The notes: generated from the letters alone by a model not told the origin. A DNA stretch of 64,000 nucleotides from Anaerohalosphaeraceae bacterium (GCA_963675525.2 CAXXSL010000016.1:928001-992000); one strand, 5' to 3'; counted from the first letter of the stretch, positions 40,888 through 52,371 are shown. Numbers and translations: made by a program.

Positions 40888-41286
40888 ATGTACAACCAAC
40901 GAAGATCTATCTATAAGAGCAAGGGGGAAGAGCGAATCGCGAATTATTTAGAGGAACGTAACATTGCGTTTCAGTATGAGTATCCGCTGGCAATTATGGA
41001 CCGGGGACAGGTGCGAATCTGGTATCCGGACTTTCGTTTGCCTGAATACAATATGATTATTGAGTATTTTGGGATGAATGGAAACGCTGCATATAACGAG
41101 GGAATCGCACATAAGATCCGGGCTTATCAGGAGGCCGGAATTGATGGGATTTATCTGTTGGAATCATCATTTTCCGGAGACTGGGAGGAGGGAATTCCGG
41201 CTCGGATTGAGCAGACACTGGAAGGAAAATTAAGTAAGATTCGATCCATTAATCAACAGATGTACGCAGCTCAGAGGCGAATATGA
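40888..41286 (+). CDS. PD-(D/E)xK-like nuclease domain protein
   Basis: KSKGEERIANYL..QYE..YPDFRL..IIEYFG. Confidence 0.7.
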   Translation: MYNQRRSIYKSKGEERIANYLEERNIAFQYEYPLAIMDRGQVRIWYPDFRLPEYNMIIEYFGMNGNAAYNEGIAHKIRAYQEAGIDGIYLLESSFSGDWEEGIPARIEQTLEGKLSKIRSINQQMYAAQRRI

Positions 41287-43243
41287 ACTCATCTCGAAGG
41301 ACCAATTGGACCTTGGTGGGGATGAGCAAACCTGTGGCGGTGAGGTCTTTTTCGATCTTTTCATAGGCGGATTTATTGGTGGCAACGACGATAATTTGAT
41401 CATATTTGGCCAGCAAATCCTGCCGGACATTCCGAAGGAAATCGGACTTGCCTGTCTCAATTTCAATGGCGATTTTCCGGTCATTTTTCTGGGCCACAAT
41501 GTCGATATTTCCGGAAGGACGAGGCGTCTCCAGAGAGACCTGATAGTCCTGTTCTCGGCTTCTTTGAGCATAAAATTGTTTCCAGTATTCGTGGACGATA
41601 GAACCGTGTTGGGGTTCAGTGAACAGAAGATTTAGAGCGTTTTTTGCTTGCTTGGTAAGGCGGAGGCAAGTCTTTCTAGTCCGGCCAAGATCGACGGTCT
41701 GGGATTCAATCCAACCTTGCTCTAATAATTGCTCCTTTAATCTGTTTGCTTTGCCCGTACTTAAATTCAGTCTTTTATATCTTACCTTCACCCCGCTTTG
41801 TGGGTAGGAAAGAATGTCAGATAATAGCCTGAACGAATCCTCGTTCAGAGGGCTATTAAAGAACGTTGGAAACTGCGGAACCTGCCCGAAATATGTCGAT
41901 ATAGAGTTATTCCGGCCTGAACCTGTTGTCTTTGCTCGATTGAGAGCGGAATACCTCACTAACTGAGCATCATTGACCGCACCTTTATCAAATTGAATCC
42001 AGGGTATTTCAAGCAGAAATGCACTGGTGTATTTCCCTTGGAGTTTGCAGATTGCCTGCCCGATGGGAAGCATACTGAAATATCTCTTGTCATCTGAGTC
42101 CAGCAAACAGACAGAAGCCGCCAGTGCTTGGTCGGCCGCACTGGAAAGATTCAAAAAGATATTTGTATAACAATTAGCAAGAACAACTTTTGACATCAGG
42201 CTCGGCGTCTGATCCAGAATTATATTTGAGATGCCAAGTTCCCTCGTCATACGGAGCAATTTTTCCATTAATGTTTCACTGGAACGACCCTGCTGTTTTC
42301 CAAAGGTAATGTGACCCTCATCGGTGATAATTGCCATTTCCAATTTTTCTCGGCCGGATGAACTTAATTTAACCTGAAAGATCCATTGATAGAGGATTGG
42401 AATTAAAAACGACCGGGCGGTATTACTGAGTCCATCGAGTTCGATGACCGTATTTTCATGGATTAATCCTCTTGTCATTTTCTCCTGAGAGATTGGATCT
42501 GTGGCGATATTGGAAAACTGAAGGCTCTCTAACGCCCGTAACGCGGAAATCTTCCAGCCTCGAATACGCTCTTTAGATTCGATGTTATCAATTTCACTAA
42601 TAATGTCATTAATCATGGGACATTTATTCCCCCGCTCATAACATGCTGTAATAGCTTTTTGGATAATGCTTTTCGCTCCTTCGCCTAGCGTGAATGCACT
42701 GGCCATTACATCAACGAGTTGAGATATATAGACTGAGCTTTCCAGTCCAGGTGGGGTAATAAATGGATTAAATTCAAATTTCAATAAAGAACGCCCAGCG
42801 GTATAGACATTGACTCTGTTTTTTAGAGCAAACAGAAGGTCCCTGAGATTTCTTTTCTGATCGAAGAATAAGAAATGGATTCCATAGTGATCGAGCTGCT
42901 TGATGAGGTGGTAGCAGAAATTGCTCTTGCCGGCACCGCTACGCCCATAGATCCCCATATTCTGAAGAAGTTCATTTTTAGAGATTCCGGCAGGCCATTT
43001 GGGTTTGTCATAAATGACGGTACCCAGACTGAGAGAGCCTTTACATTTGTTTTCAGGGGGCAGCGATAGCAGAATCTTTGCGTTATAATCACCCAGCATT
43101 TTGTAGGCCGTCGAAACGATCTGTTTTTCAATAAGACTTTTTAAACCATCCTCGGCCATCTCACGAACCCGCATCCAATGGTCAATCTTCGAAGGGATTA
43201 ATGGCCTAAGCTTGGCGGCTATCTTTTCAATGTTCATCGTCAA
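41249..43243 (-). CDS. HerA/FtsK-like ATPase with C-terminal wHTH and nuclease-like domains
   Basis: GRSGAGKS, IITDEGH, MTRELG..DQ; C-terminal IDIVA..IAIEIETG. Confidence 0.8.
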   Translation of the reverse strand: MTMNIEKIAAKLRPLIPSKIDHWMRVREMAEDGLKSLIEKQIVSTAYKMLGDYNAKILLSLPPENKCKGSLSLGTVIYDKPKWPAGISKNELLQNMGIYGRSGAGKSNFCYHLIKQLDHYGIHFLFFDQKRNLRDLLFALKNRVNVYTAGRSLLKFEFNPFITPPGLESSVYISQLVDVMASAFTLGEGAKSIIQKAITACYERGNKCPMINDIISEIDNIESKERIRGWKISALRALESLQFSNIATDPISQEKMTRGLIHENTVIELDGLSNTARSFLIPILYQWIFQVKLSSSGREKLEMAIITDEGHITFGKQQGRSSETLMEKLLRMTRELGISNIILDQTPSLMSKVVLANCYTNIFLNLSSAADQALAASVCLLDSDDKRYFSMLPIGQAICKLQGKYTSAFLLEIPWIQFDKGAVNDAQLVRYSALNRAKTTGSGRNNSISTYFGQVPQFPTFFNSPLNEDSFRLLSDILSYPQSGVKVRYKRLNLSTGKANRLKEQLLEQGWIESQTVDLGRTRKTCLRLTKQAKNALNLLFTEPQHGSIVHEYWKQFYAQRSREQDYQVSLETPRPSGNIDIVAQKNDRKIAIEIETGKSDFLRNVRQDLLAKYDQIIVVATNKSAYEKIEKDLTATGLLIPTKVQLVLRDEFIFASELRTSVD

Positions 43244-43677
43244 ATGTCAAGCTGTTCATGTTTATTGATGAGCGAAAGCAGACGATCCTCAAGTGTTCTC
43301 CGTTTATCATGATATTGTGTAGTAAGCTTCCGCCGTTCTTTTTCAATATCGAAAAGCCTTTTTCGCAGTTCCTGCTCTTCCGGGAAATGGGAACTCGTAT
43401 ACCATGGTATACTCAGTTGATAACTTTTGATCGCTGTATTGATATCGCACTCCTGCCTCAATAGACGCCGCATCTGATCCTTGGTGAGAAACTTGATTTG
43501 TTCCAACTGTTCCGCTGTCAGTACGATTTCCCGACGCAGGATTGAGGCAATATTGGTATCCCATTTATAGGCACTGCTTTCTGCGGCCAATTCATTGGCT
43601 CTGTCTTCTAGGGATTTTCCAAATCGGCGCCTCATTTTCATATATTCTAAGTGAATCGTACTTAAAAAGATTTCCAC
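43240..43677 (-). CDS. Coiled-coil hypothetical protein
   Basis: Charged heptad pattern; overlaps its neighbours. Confidence 0.6.
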   Translation of the reverse strand: MEIFLSTIHLEYMKMRRRFGKSLEDRANELAAESSAYKWDTNIASILRREIVLTAEQLEQIKFLTKDQMRRLLRQECDINTAIKSYQLSIPWYTSSHFPEEQELRKRLFDIEKERRKLTTQYHDKRRTLEDRLLSLINKHEQLDI

Positions 43678-44306
43678 TGTATTGCTCCTGGACCTGCTTC
43701 GGCACTGAGCAAAAGATCCCGTATTTTAATTCCTGTCTCCGTCAGTTCATATCGTAGGTGTACTCTTTTCCTGACTTTTACGGGGCGAACGATACCTTTA
43801 GCTAAAAAGAGTCGGATAATATCTCGGATATTATTAGCACTGATTCGAATATCTATTTTTTGCATCCGAAAAAGCTGCTTGATTTCTGATGGCTGCATAG
43901 GATGCGTAAGAGCTTTGAGGATTGCAGACCGATGGCTGGAACATGCCCATCCATAAAGGGACCAATCCATGTTTGACAAAATAGGTCTATTGTAAGTACG
44001 ATTCTGACTGGTATACATCGCCTGAACACACTGATGTCCGGTTTCGGTAAGCCAAAAAATCCTATTGTTCCTCGCACACGAGTTAAGGCAGACCAGCACC
44101 CCAGAATTCTCGAGCATTGCGATAACAGAGCTACAGGTATGCGCCGGTATACCTGTTTTTTTGCTGATCTGCCTGGATATCAATGGCTGAGAAAAAGCCA
44201 GAAGAACTTTTTTACGTTCATTCTTTGCCATCAGCCATTGGTATACTCGTGTGTTCAACATATTTACCCCGTGAAAGAGAACCACTCCAGAGGAGTAGTG
44301 TTTCAC
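43662..44306 (-). CDS. Tandem winged-helix protein
   Basis: Two repeats R..L.A...P....I, ending WLTETG and ELTETG. Confidence 0.7.
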   Translation of the reverse strand: MKHYSSGVVLFHGVNMLNTRVYQWLMAKNERKKVLLAFSQPLISRQISKKTGIPAHTCSSVIAMLENSGVLVCLNSCARNNRIFWLTETGHQCVQAMYTSQNRTYNRPILSNMDWSLYGWACSSHRSAILKALTHPMQPSEIKQLFRMQKIDIRISANNIRDIIRLFLAKGIVRPVKVRKRVHLRYELTETGIKIRDLLLSAEAGPGAIQWKSF

Positions 44307-44418
44307 TTTATAATGACAATAAAACAGGGTTTATAAACCTTTCGGTCGAGATAAATGTGGGTAATATTGATTGTTAAATCAGTTCAAAATATTTTAAGGC
44401 ATAATTCCACCGTGATCT

Positions 44419-44622
44419 ATGGAAGCTAAAAAAATGACCTGCAGCAATTGCCGTCGTAAACTCGATGTTGGCATGGAAGTCCTCAGGGTAGAGCAAGGCG
44501 TCATCGGTACGAGATCCAATTTCGTTAATCTCGACGACGAGAAGCTATTCTGTTGCGAGAAGTGCCTTCGAGACTATTACGACTTGGGAGATCTGCCAAG
44601 CATTCCTCGGAGAATACCGTAG
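44419..44622 (+). CDS. Small zinc-finger protein
   Basis: CSNC...FCCEKCL. Confidence 0.55.
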   Translation: MEAKKMTCSNCRRKLDVGMEVLRVEQGVIGTRSNFVNLDDEKLFCCEKCLRDYYDLGDLPSIPRRIP

Positions 44623-44728
44623 AATTTACAGTATATGGCATGATATAAAAACAATCCTTTTTTTCTTTTTTATAAGCAGGTATTGTGACATGTATTTTAA
44701 GTCAACGATTGGTGAAGGGTGAAGCAGA

Positions 44729-46002
44729 TTAAGAGAATAATTTAGATATTTTTTCCGCATCACAGTGCGTTAACGACTTGGCAACATTCGGGTTTTTCTT
44801 TAAAATATCAAGCAATTGTACAATCTTCGTTGCATAATAATGATCTTTTTCAATTAATATCTGAATTTGTTCATTTTGCTTATTGATCTTATTTTTTAAA
44901 TATCTTCCATTTAATCTATGTTCTTCAAGTTCATTCTTTAGATCTTCAAGATTGTTATTGTAGTGAACTTTTTTTGCTCTCTTACGGTTTACCGCTAGGT
45001 AGTTAATATATGAATCCAGCCATTTTACTCTGTGGAGAATGTCCAAGCCGCAAATTTATGTCTTCCACATGCCAGCCTTGCTGAAATAAATGGCAGGCCA
45101 TACCACTTCTTAAATCTTTCCAAGAAGGATTATCATTATGCGGTTCACACTTTACACCCGACCGCTTAACAACGCTATCAAATATCTGCAGAGCCTGTCT
45201 GTATTTGAATGTAAAAACAAAATCATCCTCTTTGAATGGGACGGCTTTTCTTCTAATTTTTCCTTTTTCATCTCGATATTCTATTTCTCTGCCGTATTCT
45301 AATAACGCATCTATATACTCAACGGTCTCAGGGTATATTGTTGGCTCACTCCGGGTCTGTCTGCTTCTTTTGAGATTCTCTTTCGGCAAATAGATCAGAT
45401 ACTCCGTTTCTCTTGTGTCCCTATTATTCTGTCTTTTCAAATGGCATACTTTTAATTCTAAAAGCGATGATATATTTTCGCCAACATCCCATGCCAGCCA
45501 GAACAAGACATAGTGCTGCGGTTTTTGCAAAAATTTTGTCATTTTTTTAAAAGAAGCTTCACTGATAAATCTGACAGGCTTCTTTCTTCGATGAGTAAGA
45601 AATTCCAAGGCATCTTTCACTTTGTCATGCAAACCTGCAAGCTCGAATGGTTTAGCCTTGAATATTTTGTTATAATAACTTCTTCTATCTTCGAACCGTT
45701 TGCCAAAGCGGTTTTTAATTATACCATCTTCCAAGTCATTGTAGACCTGTTTGATTTCATCACCGGTTAATTCATTCCAGGGCTTATTCCGAAACCACTT
45801 GTTTACATTATTTAGCATGTTAATATAGCCATAGAGAGTCTTGTAGGACGATTCGTTCCAATTCTGATAGTCCATTTATTCTTTTCAGTTTTCTTTCTTC
45901 CCAGTCAAAAAATTTACAAAATAAGTTGCGATTATATTCATTGATGCAACTGTTATTCAAAAGTCTGTTCTTACCATTTATATAGTTTGTCTTGAAAGCC
46001 AT
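44729..46002 (-). pseudogene. Divergent tyrosine recombinase with two +1 frameshifts
   Basis: WKDLRSG..LGHSP.SKWLDSY; single extra bases near 45858 and 45024 join three ORFs; very AT-rich. Confidence 0.75.
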
Positions 46003-46631
46003 ATTTTTTAATGAAATTAAGCATTTATAAAAACTCAACTGTATCAGGTTATTTTACACCCTAAAAAGTGCAGAAAATTACTCAACGCCCCAACCGAGAG
46101 ATGAGTAGTTTCCTGCATTTACACAGGGAGTTTATGACGTTAGCTTAAGTGATATTTTTCTTGATTGAATATTTAAGTCAACCAGCATTTATATATTTTT
46201 CGCTAATTGGCATAACCAATAGCATTTCAGTTTAATTTTTATAAATATGGCAAGCATCTATCTTTAATGGAAACGAAAGTGTATGATGTTGAAAAGATTA
46301 CCATGGACGAGGCTTGGGAACTCCTGAAAAGCTATTTTGAAAATATGGGTAATTCTGATTCCGAATTGAATCAAATAATGTTTTAATTAAATTCCACAAA
46401 TTGTCGTATGTCGAGAAAGTGTTAACGGCTTCAACCTAATTGCCTGCTCGGTTTGATCAACGGTTATTAAAGCCGATGACGTTCAGATTTTTGTTTTGTG
46501 TAAACACTTGGAATACATTTAGTTAAGACATAATCATTTCTGGATGTTTTAACTCGTGACTCCATAATGCCACTATTTCAGCGATTTTTCTGCCTTGATT
46601 CGCCCCCCTATATTTACGATATAATCATTGT

Positions 46632-49618
46632 ATGCGAAAGGTTTGGCGAACCAGGCTCTGAGCCATTGTTGTAAAGGAGAATAGATAATGGGACCATAAA
46701 TTAACTAAGAAGCCTTTCCGGGTAAGACTGATCCAATCGCCCGGAACCGATGCATGTCATCGGGAGTTCGACGAGGTGAAGAGTGTGTGCTCTGAATCTG
46801 ACCCATAGCCCCGAGAATCTCTGAAGTTTGGGAATCTGCCGACTGTTTCAAACTGCATGCAGGCCATGGTCAAGGGACGTTAAAGGACAGTGTCTTGACA
46901 GACCCCGGGGTCCTAGACAGCATCGAGTCGAACAACGACAGTGGAGCAATCCTGGCATGTTACGAAGTTCCTATAAGAGATGGGTATGAATGTACAACGT
47001 AAAAGAAGGCATTCAAACGGCTTCGTGACAGTGGGACGGGAACTGGTTTAGCGAAGAAGCGACTAATCCTCGTGGAGTGAAAGTTCCCGCGTTTAAACGC
47101 TCGTGAATGGAGAAACACAGTCCTTATCCAATGAAGGAACAAACTGTGAGCACTGACCTGACACGAATACGAGACAAAGCGCAGCAACAGACCAAACTGT
47201 TGTTTACATCCCTGTATCACCATATAACGGATGTGGACAATCTGCGTGAATGCTACAAGTTATTGGACGGCAGCAAAGCAACCGGTATAGACTTTGTAAG
47301 CAAAATTGAATATTCCAAGAATTTAGAAAGAAATCTTCGAGAACTGTCAAGCCGAATGAAACATATGGGCTATCGACCCCAACCCAAGAAGCGAGTTTAT
47401 ATTCCCAAACCGGGCAGTGACAAAGGACGTCCATTGGGTATAAGCAGCTTCGAAGACAAGATAGTCGAACTGTCTGTAAAACGTGTAATTGAACCTCTGT
47501 TTGAAACACTGTTTGAAGATTGCAGTTACGGTTATCGACCGGGACGAAACCCGCATCAGTGCATTGATGCACTTGGCCGTACAATCCAACAGCAGAGAGT
47601 GAATTATGTTGTAGAAGCTGATATACGTGGTTTCTTCGATAACGTAAATCATGAATGGTTGATAAAATTCCTGAAACAACGCATCGGCGACCCCAGAGTT
47701 CTCCGACTTGTGATAAGGATGCTCAAGGCAGGAATAATGGAAAACGGTCTAAGGCAACAGGGGCAAAAGTAGGGACTCCGCAGGGTTCAATACTTTCACC
47801 ACTGTTGTCAAATATATATCTGCATTATGTGCTGGATTTATGGTTTAAGAGGCGCATACGACAGAAGTGTAGAGGTCAGGCATTCCTATTTAGGTTTGCT
47901 GATGATTTTCTGGCATGCTTCCAATATTCGGAAGATGCGGAAAATTTTCATGTAAGCCTCAACGACCGACTTGAAGGATTCAATCTCACACTGGCTGAAG
48001 AGAAAACACGACGAATTGCGTTTGGCAAATATGCCCGTGAGAATGCAAATCGCAATGGAGGTAAACCACGAGAGTTTGACTTCCTTGGTTTTACCTTTTA
48101 TTGTGGCAAGACTCGAAACGGACATTTTAAAGTAAAACGAGAAAACATCGCGAAAGAAACTCAGCCAGTCGGTATTCAAACTTGCAGAATGGTTACGGTG
48201 GTATAGAAACAAGAGGCCGACCAGAGAACTTGTGCGTGGAGCTAAAACAAGGATTACTGGGCATTTAAACTACTATGCGATCACAGACAATTGGAAACAC
48301 TGTAGTTTGTATATGTATCTAACAACGCGGATTCTATTTAAATGGCTTAACAGGCGAAGCCAACGCAAGTCATATGACTGGGACGGTTTCAATCAAATGT
48401 TGGGGCAAGTAGGATGGCCACGTGTAAGGATATATATAGACCTGAATCCATTTAGCCAAACTCCGAATGTTTAAGCGAAGAGCCGGATGTGGGAAAGCTG
48501 CTTGTCCGGTTCCGTGAGGGACTGAGGAACAACTGGTGTATGGCGAAAATATTGTGGCACCATCGGGAAACCAGATGGCAAACGGAGAAAACAAATGTTC
48601 GCCTGTAGCCCGGGAGTCCTCAGTCTACTCGACGATCTACAAGCGGAAGAATATTAATGGCTGGTGGTGCGGTTGGTATGAAGATGGCAGGCGTAAATCA
48701 AAGGCTTTGCCATCTAAGGAACTGGCTGAACATTACAAGCAAATCAAATATGCCCAATTAAACTCGGATGTTTTTACGGGCATTGTTACTGTCGATTGGC
48801 AGCAAATGGTTGATGAGTATCGTGAGGCGAAGAAAGTTCAAGGGGTCACAGAAGGCACACTTTATGAACATTCCCTTTCGCTTCGAAATTTTGAGCGTAT
48901 TGTTGGAAAATACAACTCAAAACAGCTCACACAGAATATCACCGACAAATTCATTCTTGAAAGAAGCAATGAAGTAAAGCGAGCCACTCTCAATAAGGAT
49001 ATCAGAAATATTAAAACATTTGTAATCTGGTGCAGAGAACAAAGATACCTGAATAGAAATCTCAAGCTTAAGGAATTGAAAGTAGAAGAACGCCCGGTTA
49101 AGTCGCTGAATGATTCCCAGATCAAAAAATTACTGTCAACAACATCCTCGTATCCGACAATAAAGATGCGTGTATTGTTGGCTTTGGCTACAGGTCTGAG
49201 ACGCGGTGATATTGACTCATTGAAAATCAGTCATATTGATTTTGAGAAGAACTGCATCGCCACCACAAGCAAGAAGACCAAAAAATGCATGGCTTCACGA
49301 CCTGTTTCAGCAGAAATCATGTCTGAGCTTTCAAAATATGTTTGCCGCCTAGATGTAGGCCAGGAGAAATTGTTTCGCGCAAAATTCAACCATCGAAAAT
49401 GGCATAAAATTTGTAAAGAGGCTGGATTAGCTGATTTGAAATTTCATGATCTCCGTAAAACATTCTGCTCGTTGCTGGCACAAAATGGAGTTTCGACTGC
49501 TGTAACTCAAAGATTGTTAGAACATTCATCATCATATTTGACAAACAAAATTTATACGAATGTTGACCCTGTATTGAGAAGTGCAGTGGAACGACTACCT
49601 GTCGCCGACTGGTTTTGA
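46632..49618 (+). CDS. Tyrosine integrase interrupted by a group II intron (exons 46632-46645 and 48634-49618)
   Basis: TGLRRGD, FHDLRKT, LLEHSS, IYT. Joining the exons gives MRKVWIYKRKN.. (332 aa); TATAAT lies 6 nt before the ATG. Confidence 0.75.
46646..48633 (+). mobile_element. Group II intron
   Basis: Domain V 48480-48512 (AGC triad), domain VI stem with bulged A at 48627, 3' end ..AC, RT ORF inside. The 5' end is inferred. Confidence 0.85.
47107..48474 (+). pseudogene. ltrA: Group II intron RT/maturase with two frameshifts and no endonuclease domain
   Basis: IPKPG..RPLGI, SYGYRPG, ADIRGFFD, GTPQGSILSP, RFADD, GHLNYY, WLNRRSQ; shifts near 47750 and 48141. Confidence 0.9.
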
Positions 49619-49844
49619 TTAAAACAACGGATTTCAAGAGTGTTCCCCTAATACAATAAGTTGACTTATAATCAAGTCCTTATTTTATTATGTCACGCCG
49701 CAATAAAAAGACATAGAGCATAGAATATAGAGTGAATTTGCTTACCTTCTTAGCCGACATATATAAATAAAGTCTTTTAAGCAAAAATTTTGCATCAATT
49801 TACTTATGCAAAGGACTATTAAAATAAATACGGGCTTAATTGAT

Positions 49845-50405
49845 ATGACACGAAAAGAAGACAAAAAAAATCTTTATAGTTACCAAACGGAACGTGGTGA
49901 ACGATTTATGAGTCTATATACTGCCGTTCAGCGCCGCCTATATCATTATGTCATTTCTCTCGTTCCTGATGAAAATGCGGTGGATGATATTATTCAGGAA
50001 ACCGTGTCTTTTATGTGGAAAAAGTTTGATGAATTTGAGCCGGGAACTGATTTTGTTGCCTGGGCTTTTTGCATTGCTAAATACCGAATATTCGATCATA
50101 TCAAACAGCAAAAGAAAAAGAAAAGATCATTTAGCCCGCAAACAATTCATACACTTCAAGAAGTGATTGAAGCCAGGTCAGATGCAGATGAGGACCACAG
50201 GATGGAGGCGCTTCGTAATTGCCTGAAAAAACTCTCAAGACAGGACCGGCAGTTACTGGTTATGCGGTATGAAGTTGATGCAACGTTAAAAAGTATATCA
50301 CAGCGCATCGAACAAAGTATCAATACGATTTATAACCGCCTTTATCGAATACGCATTGCTTTGATGAATTGTGTAAAAAAAACAATCAATCAGGATACCT
50401 TTTAA
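49845..50405 (+). CDS. ECF sigma factor (PVC-type)
   Basis: DDIIQET, FEPGTDFVAWA, LYRIRIALMNCV. Confidence 0.9.
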   Translation: MTRKEDKKNLYSYQTERGERFMSLYTAVQRRLYHYVISLVPDENAVDDIIQETVSFMWKKFDEFEPGTDFVAWAFCIAKYRIFDHIKQQKKKKRSFSPQTIHTLQEVIEARSDADEDHRMEALRNCLKKLSRQDRQLLVMRYEVDATLKSISQRIEQSINTIYNRLYRIRIALMNCVKKTINQDTF

Positions 50406-50409
50406 AGTT

Positions 50410-52242
50410 ATGAATGCAGAGCAAAAAAAAGAATTATACAGTCTTCTGAATGGTTTATGCGAAGGCTTGCTTAATGAGCAGCAGTATGCTCGGCTTGATG
50501 CGATATTAAAATCAAATCGAGAGGCGTGTGAAATCTATGTTGATTTTACCTCAATGTGGTCGGATTTCAGGTATTTTCAGACGTCATTGTATTCCCTCAA
50601 TGAAAAAAGACGTCTCAATATTCAGAAGTTCATAGACAGTCCGGATAAAGTGTCTGATTCTGCCATTTGGCGAGCTTTAGCCATCGACGAAAAAACAGCT
50701 CCTACGATTGATTTAGATGAAGAAAAGCCGCAACGAGAGTTAATTCGAAAGGTTGTTTATCCACCGAGAGAGAAAAGAAAAATACGCAAACATGGCATAT
50801 TTTTAATATTGAATACAGCAGCCATTCTTTTCTTGTTTGTGTTTATAAGGTTTATCCCTCCCAAAGTCGGCTATGAAGTTGCAACGTTAGTCGATAGTAT
50901 CGATGCGACATGGACAGAAGGGACATCGTCTATCCAAACGGGCAGCAGGCTGGTGACCGGGAGGGATGCGCTAACATTGCGTGAGGGCATGGTGAAGTTG
51001 TTGTTTGATAACAGCGCGAAGGTGTTAATCGAAGCGCCGGCTGAATTTAAAATACTGTCGGAAGGCCATGTTAAATTGGTGTATGGACGACTTTATTCAA
51101 AAGTACCGCCGGAGGCCGTTGGATTCACGGTGAGCACATTGTCGGCTGAGATTATCGATTTGGGGACTGAGTTCGGAGTTGAAGTGGATTACAGCGGTGA
51201 CACGTCACTTCATGTTATTAAGGGCAAGACCTCTCTGGTTAGCGGGGACAAATCGAAGCCGTCGGGGATACAGGTGAATGCAGGCAACGCCAAAAGAATA
51301 TCGGTGGACACACAAGCGGTTTCTGATCTAACCTGTGATAATGAACGCTTTATTCGTGATATTGATTCATCAAATCATTTGATTTGGCGGAATGAACCCT
51401 TGCAGTGGAATGGAACTATTGAGTGGGCTGCTGAGTCGGGCAACTGGGACAATGGCTCCAATTGGAACGTAGGAATTAAACCTGACCCGACATGGTCCAT
51501 TAGGCTTCGAAACAATTCTTCAGTGTGTACACTGAATACGAAGGAAATCCCAATAAGCAGTAAACTGGAAGTATACAATGGCCAGACTCTGAACGTCGAA
51601 AATGGAGGATACATGGGTTGCGGATGGTCCCGGTTCGGATGGTCTACTGTCAACATGACCGGCAACGGGACATGGTTGTTGAACGATGAGAATCTTATCA
51701 TTGGATGTAATAACAAAGATGACGGCCCGTGCATCTGGACAATGTCGGATACGAGTAAAATCGATATTACAAAAACACCAGATAAAGAAATTCTGTGCAT
51801 TGCTGAAGACAACGGTGTAGGAATTTTAAGATTGATTGGTTCTGCTGTTACGGTTAATTGCAGACAGCTTCAACTGGGGAACATGCAAAAGCCGGGGGCC
51901 CTCCCCTCATCTGCTACACTTGAGTATGTCATGGACAGTGATGGGGTCAGTACCATCCATGTCGATTATCGAGCTAGTCTGTCACAAGGAGACGCTACCG
52001 CCCATCTGGTTCTAAAAGCCCCGGAAGTGCTTCCTCAAAAAGACCTGGTACTGATTGAGACAAAAAGCAGTGAAAAAATCATAGGTAATGGTGTGTTTGA
52101 TACACTCAATGGTGGATCTGCAACGGAAGGTACTGTTTTATCACTGGGCGGCAATCAATATACCCTGACATATCAATATGATGCCAACGGTGACGGCTGT
52201 AACAATGATATTGCGCTGGTATATCAAAAAGAGACACCATAG
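50410..52242 (+). CDS. FecR-domain anti-sigma/sensor with extra C-terminal domain
   Basis: TM helix, LIEAPAEF, IIDLGTEFGV, LHVIKG. Confidence 0.85.
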   Translation: MNAEQKKELYSLLNGLCEGLLNEQQYARLDAILKSNREACEIYVDFTSMWSDFRYFQTSLYSLNEKRRLNIQKFIDSPDKVSDSAIWRALAIDEKTAPTIDLDEEKPQRELIRKVVYPPREKRKIRKHGIFLILNTAAILFLFVFIRFIPPKVGYEVATLVDSIDATWTEGTSSIQTGSRLVTGRDALTLREGMVKLLFDNSAKVLIEAPAEFKILSEGHVKLVYGRLYSKVPPEAVGFTVSTLSAEIIDLGTEFGVEVDYSGDTSLHVIKGKTSLVSGDKSKPSGIQVNAGNAKRISVDTQAVSDLTCDNERFIRDIDSSNHLIWRNEPLQWNGTIEWAAESGNWDNGSNWNVGIKPDPTWSIRLRNNSSVCTLNTKEIPISSKLEVYNGQTLNVENGGYMGCGWSRFGWSTVNMTGNGTWLLNDENLIIGCNNKDDGPCIWTMSDTSKIDITKTPDKEILCIAEDNGVGILRLIGSAVTVNCRQLQLGNMQKPGALPSSATLEYVMDSDGVSTIHVDYRASLSQGDATAHLVLKAPEVLPQKDLVLIETKSSEKIIGNGVFDTLNGGSATEGTVLSLGGNQYTLTYQYDANGDGCNNDIALVYQKETP

Positions 52243-52371
52243 TGTTTGATGCTTTTATGCCGGAACGCAATTGAAAGTGTAGTAAAAGAGAAGCGTTAAT
52301 CTTTTTATGAAGTGTGTGTAGAGTGAGGATTTAATAAATATAACAGTTTTGTTAATTGAGAGGATGGAAAG

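Larger units (their letters stand above)
21317..49700. mobile_element. Composite genomic island at tRNA-Phe (right boundary uncertain)
   Basis: An integrase ends just past the tRNA 3' end; Xis, primase, two further integrases and lower GC follow. No att repeat seen. Confidence 0.8.

Noticed and set aside
46268..46387. 39-aa ORF METKVYD..
   Set aside because: No RBS or recognisable motif; cannot be supported.
47107..48474. RT as retron, DGR or defence RT
   Set aside because: The maturase domain and the domain V/VI RNA identify a group II intron; no TR/VR pair seen.
48536..48633. ORF-track start of the integrase
   Set aside because: It lies inside intron domain VI; the upstream exon gives a better start.
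44680..49690. TAAGTCAAC at about 44698, 46174 and 49660 (reverse) as dif/att-like arms
   Set aside because: There are no matching partner arms, and they are equally explained as TTGACT -35 boxes.
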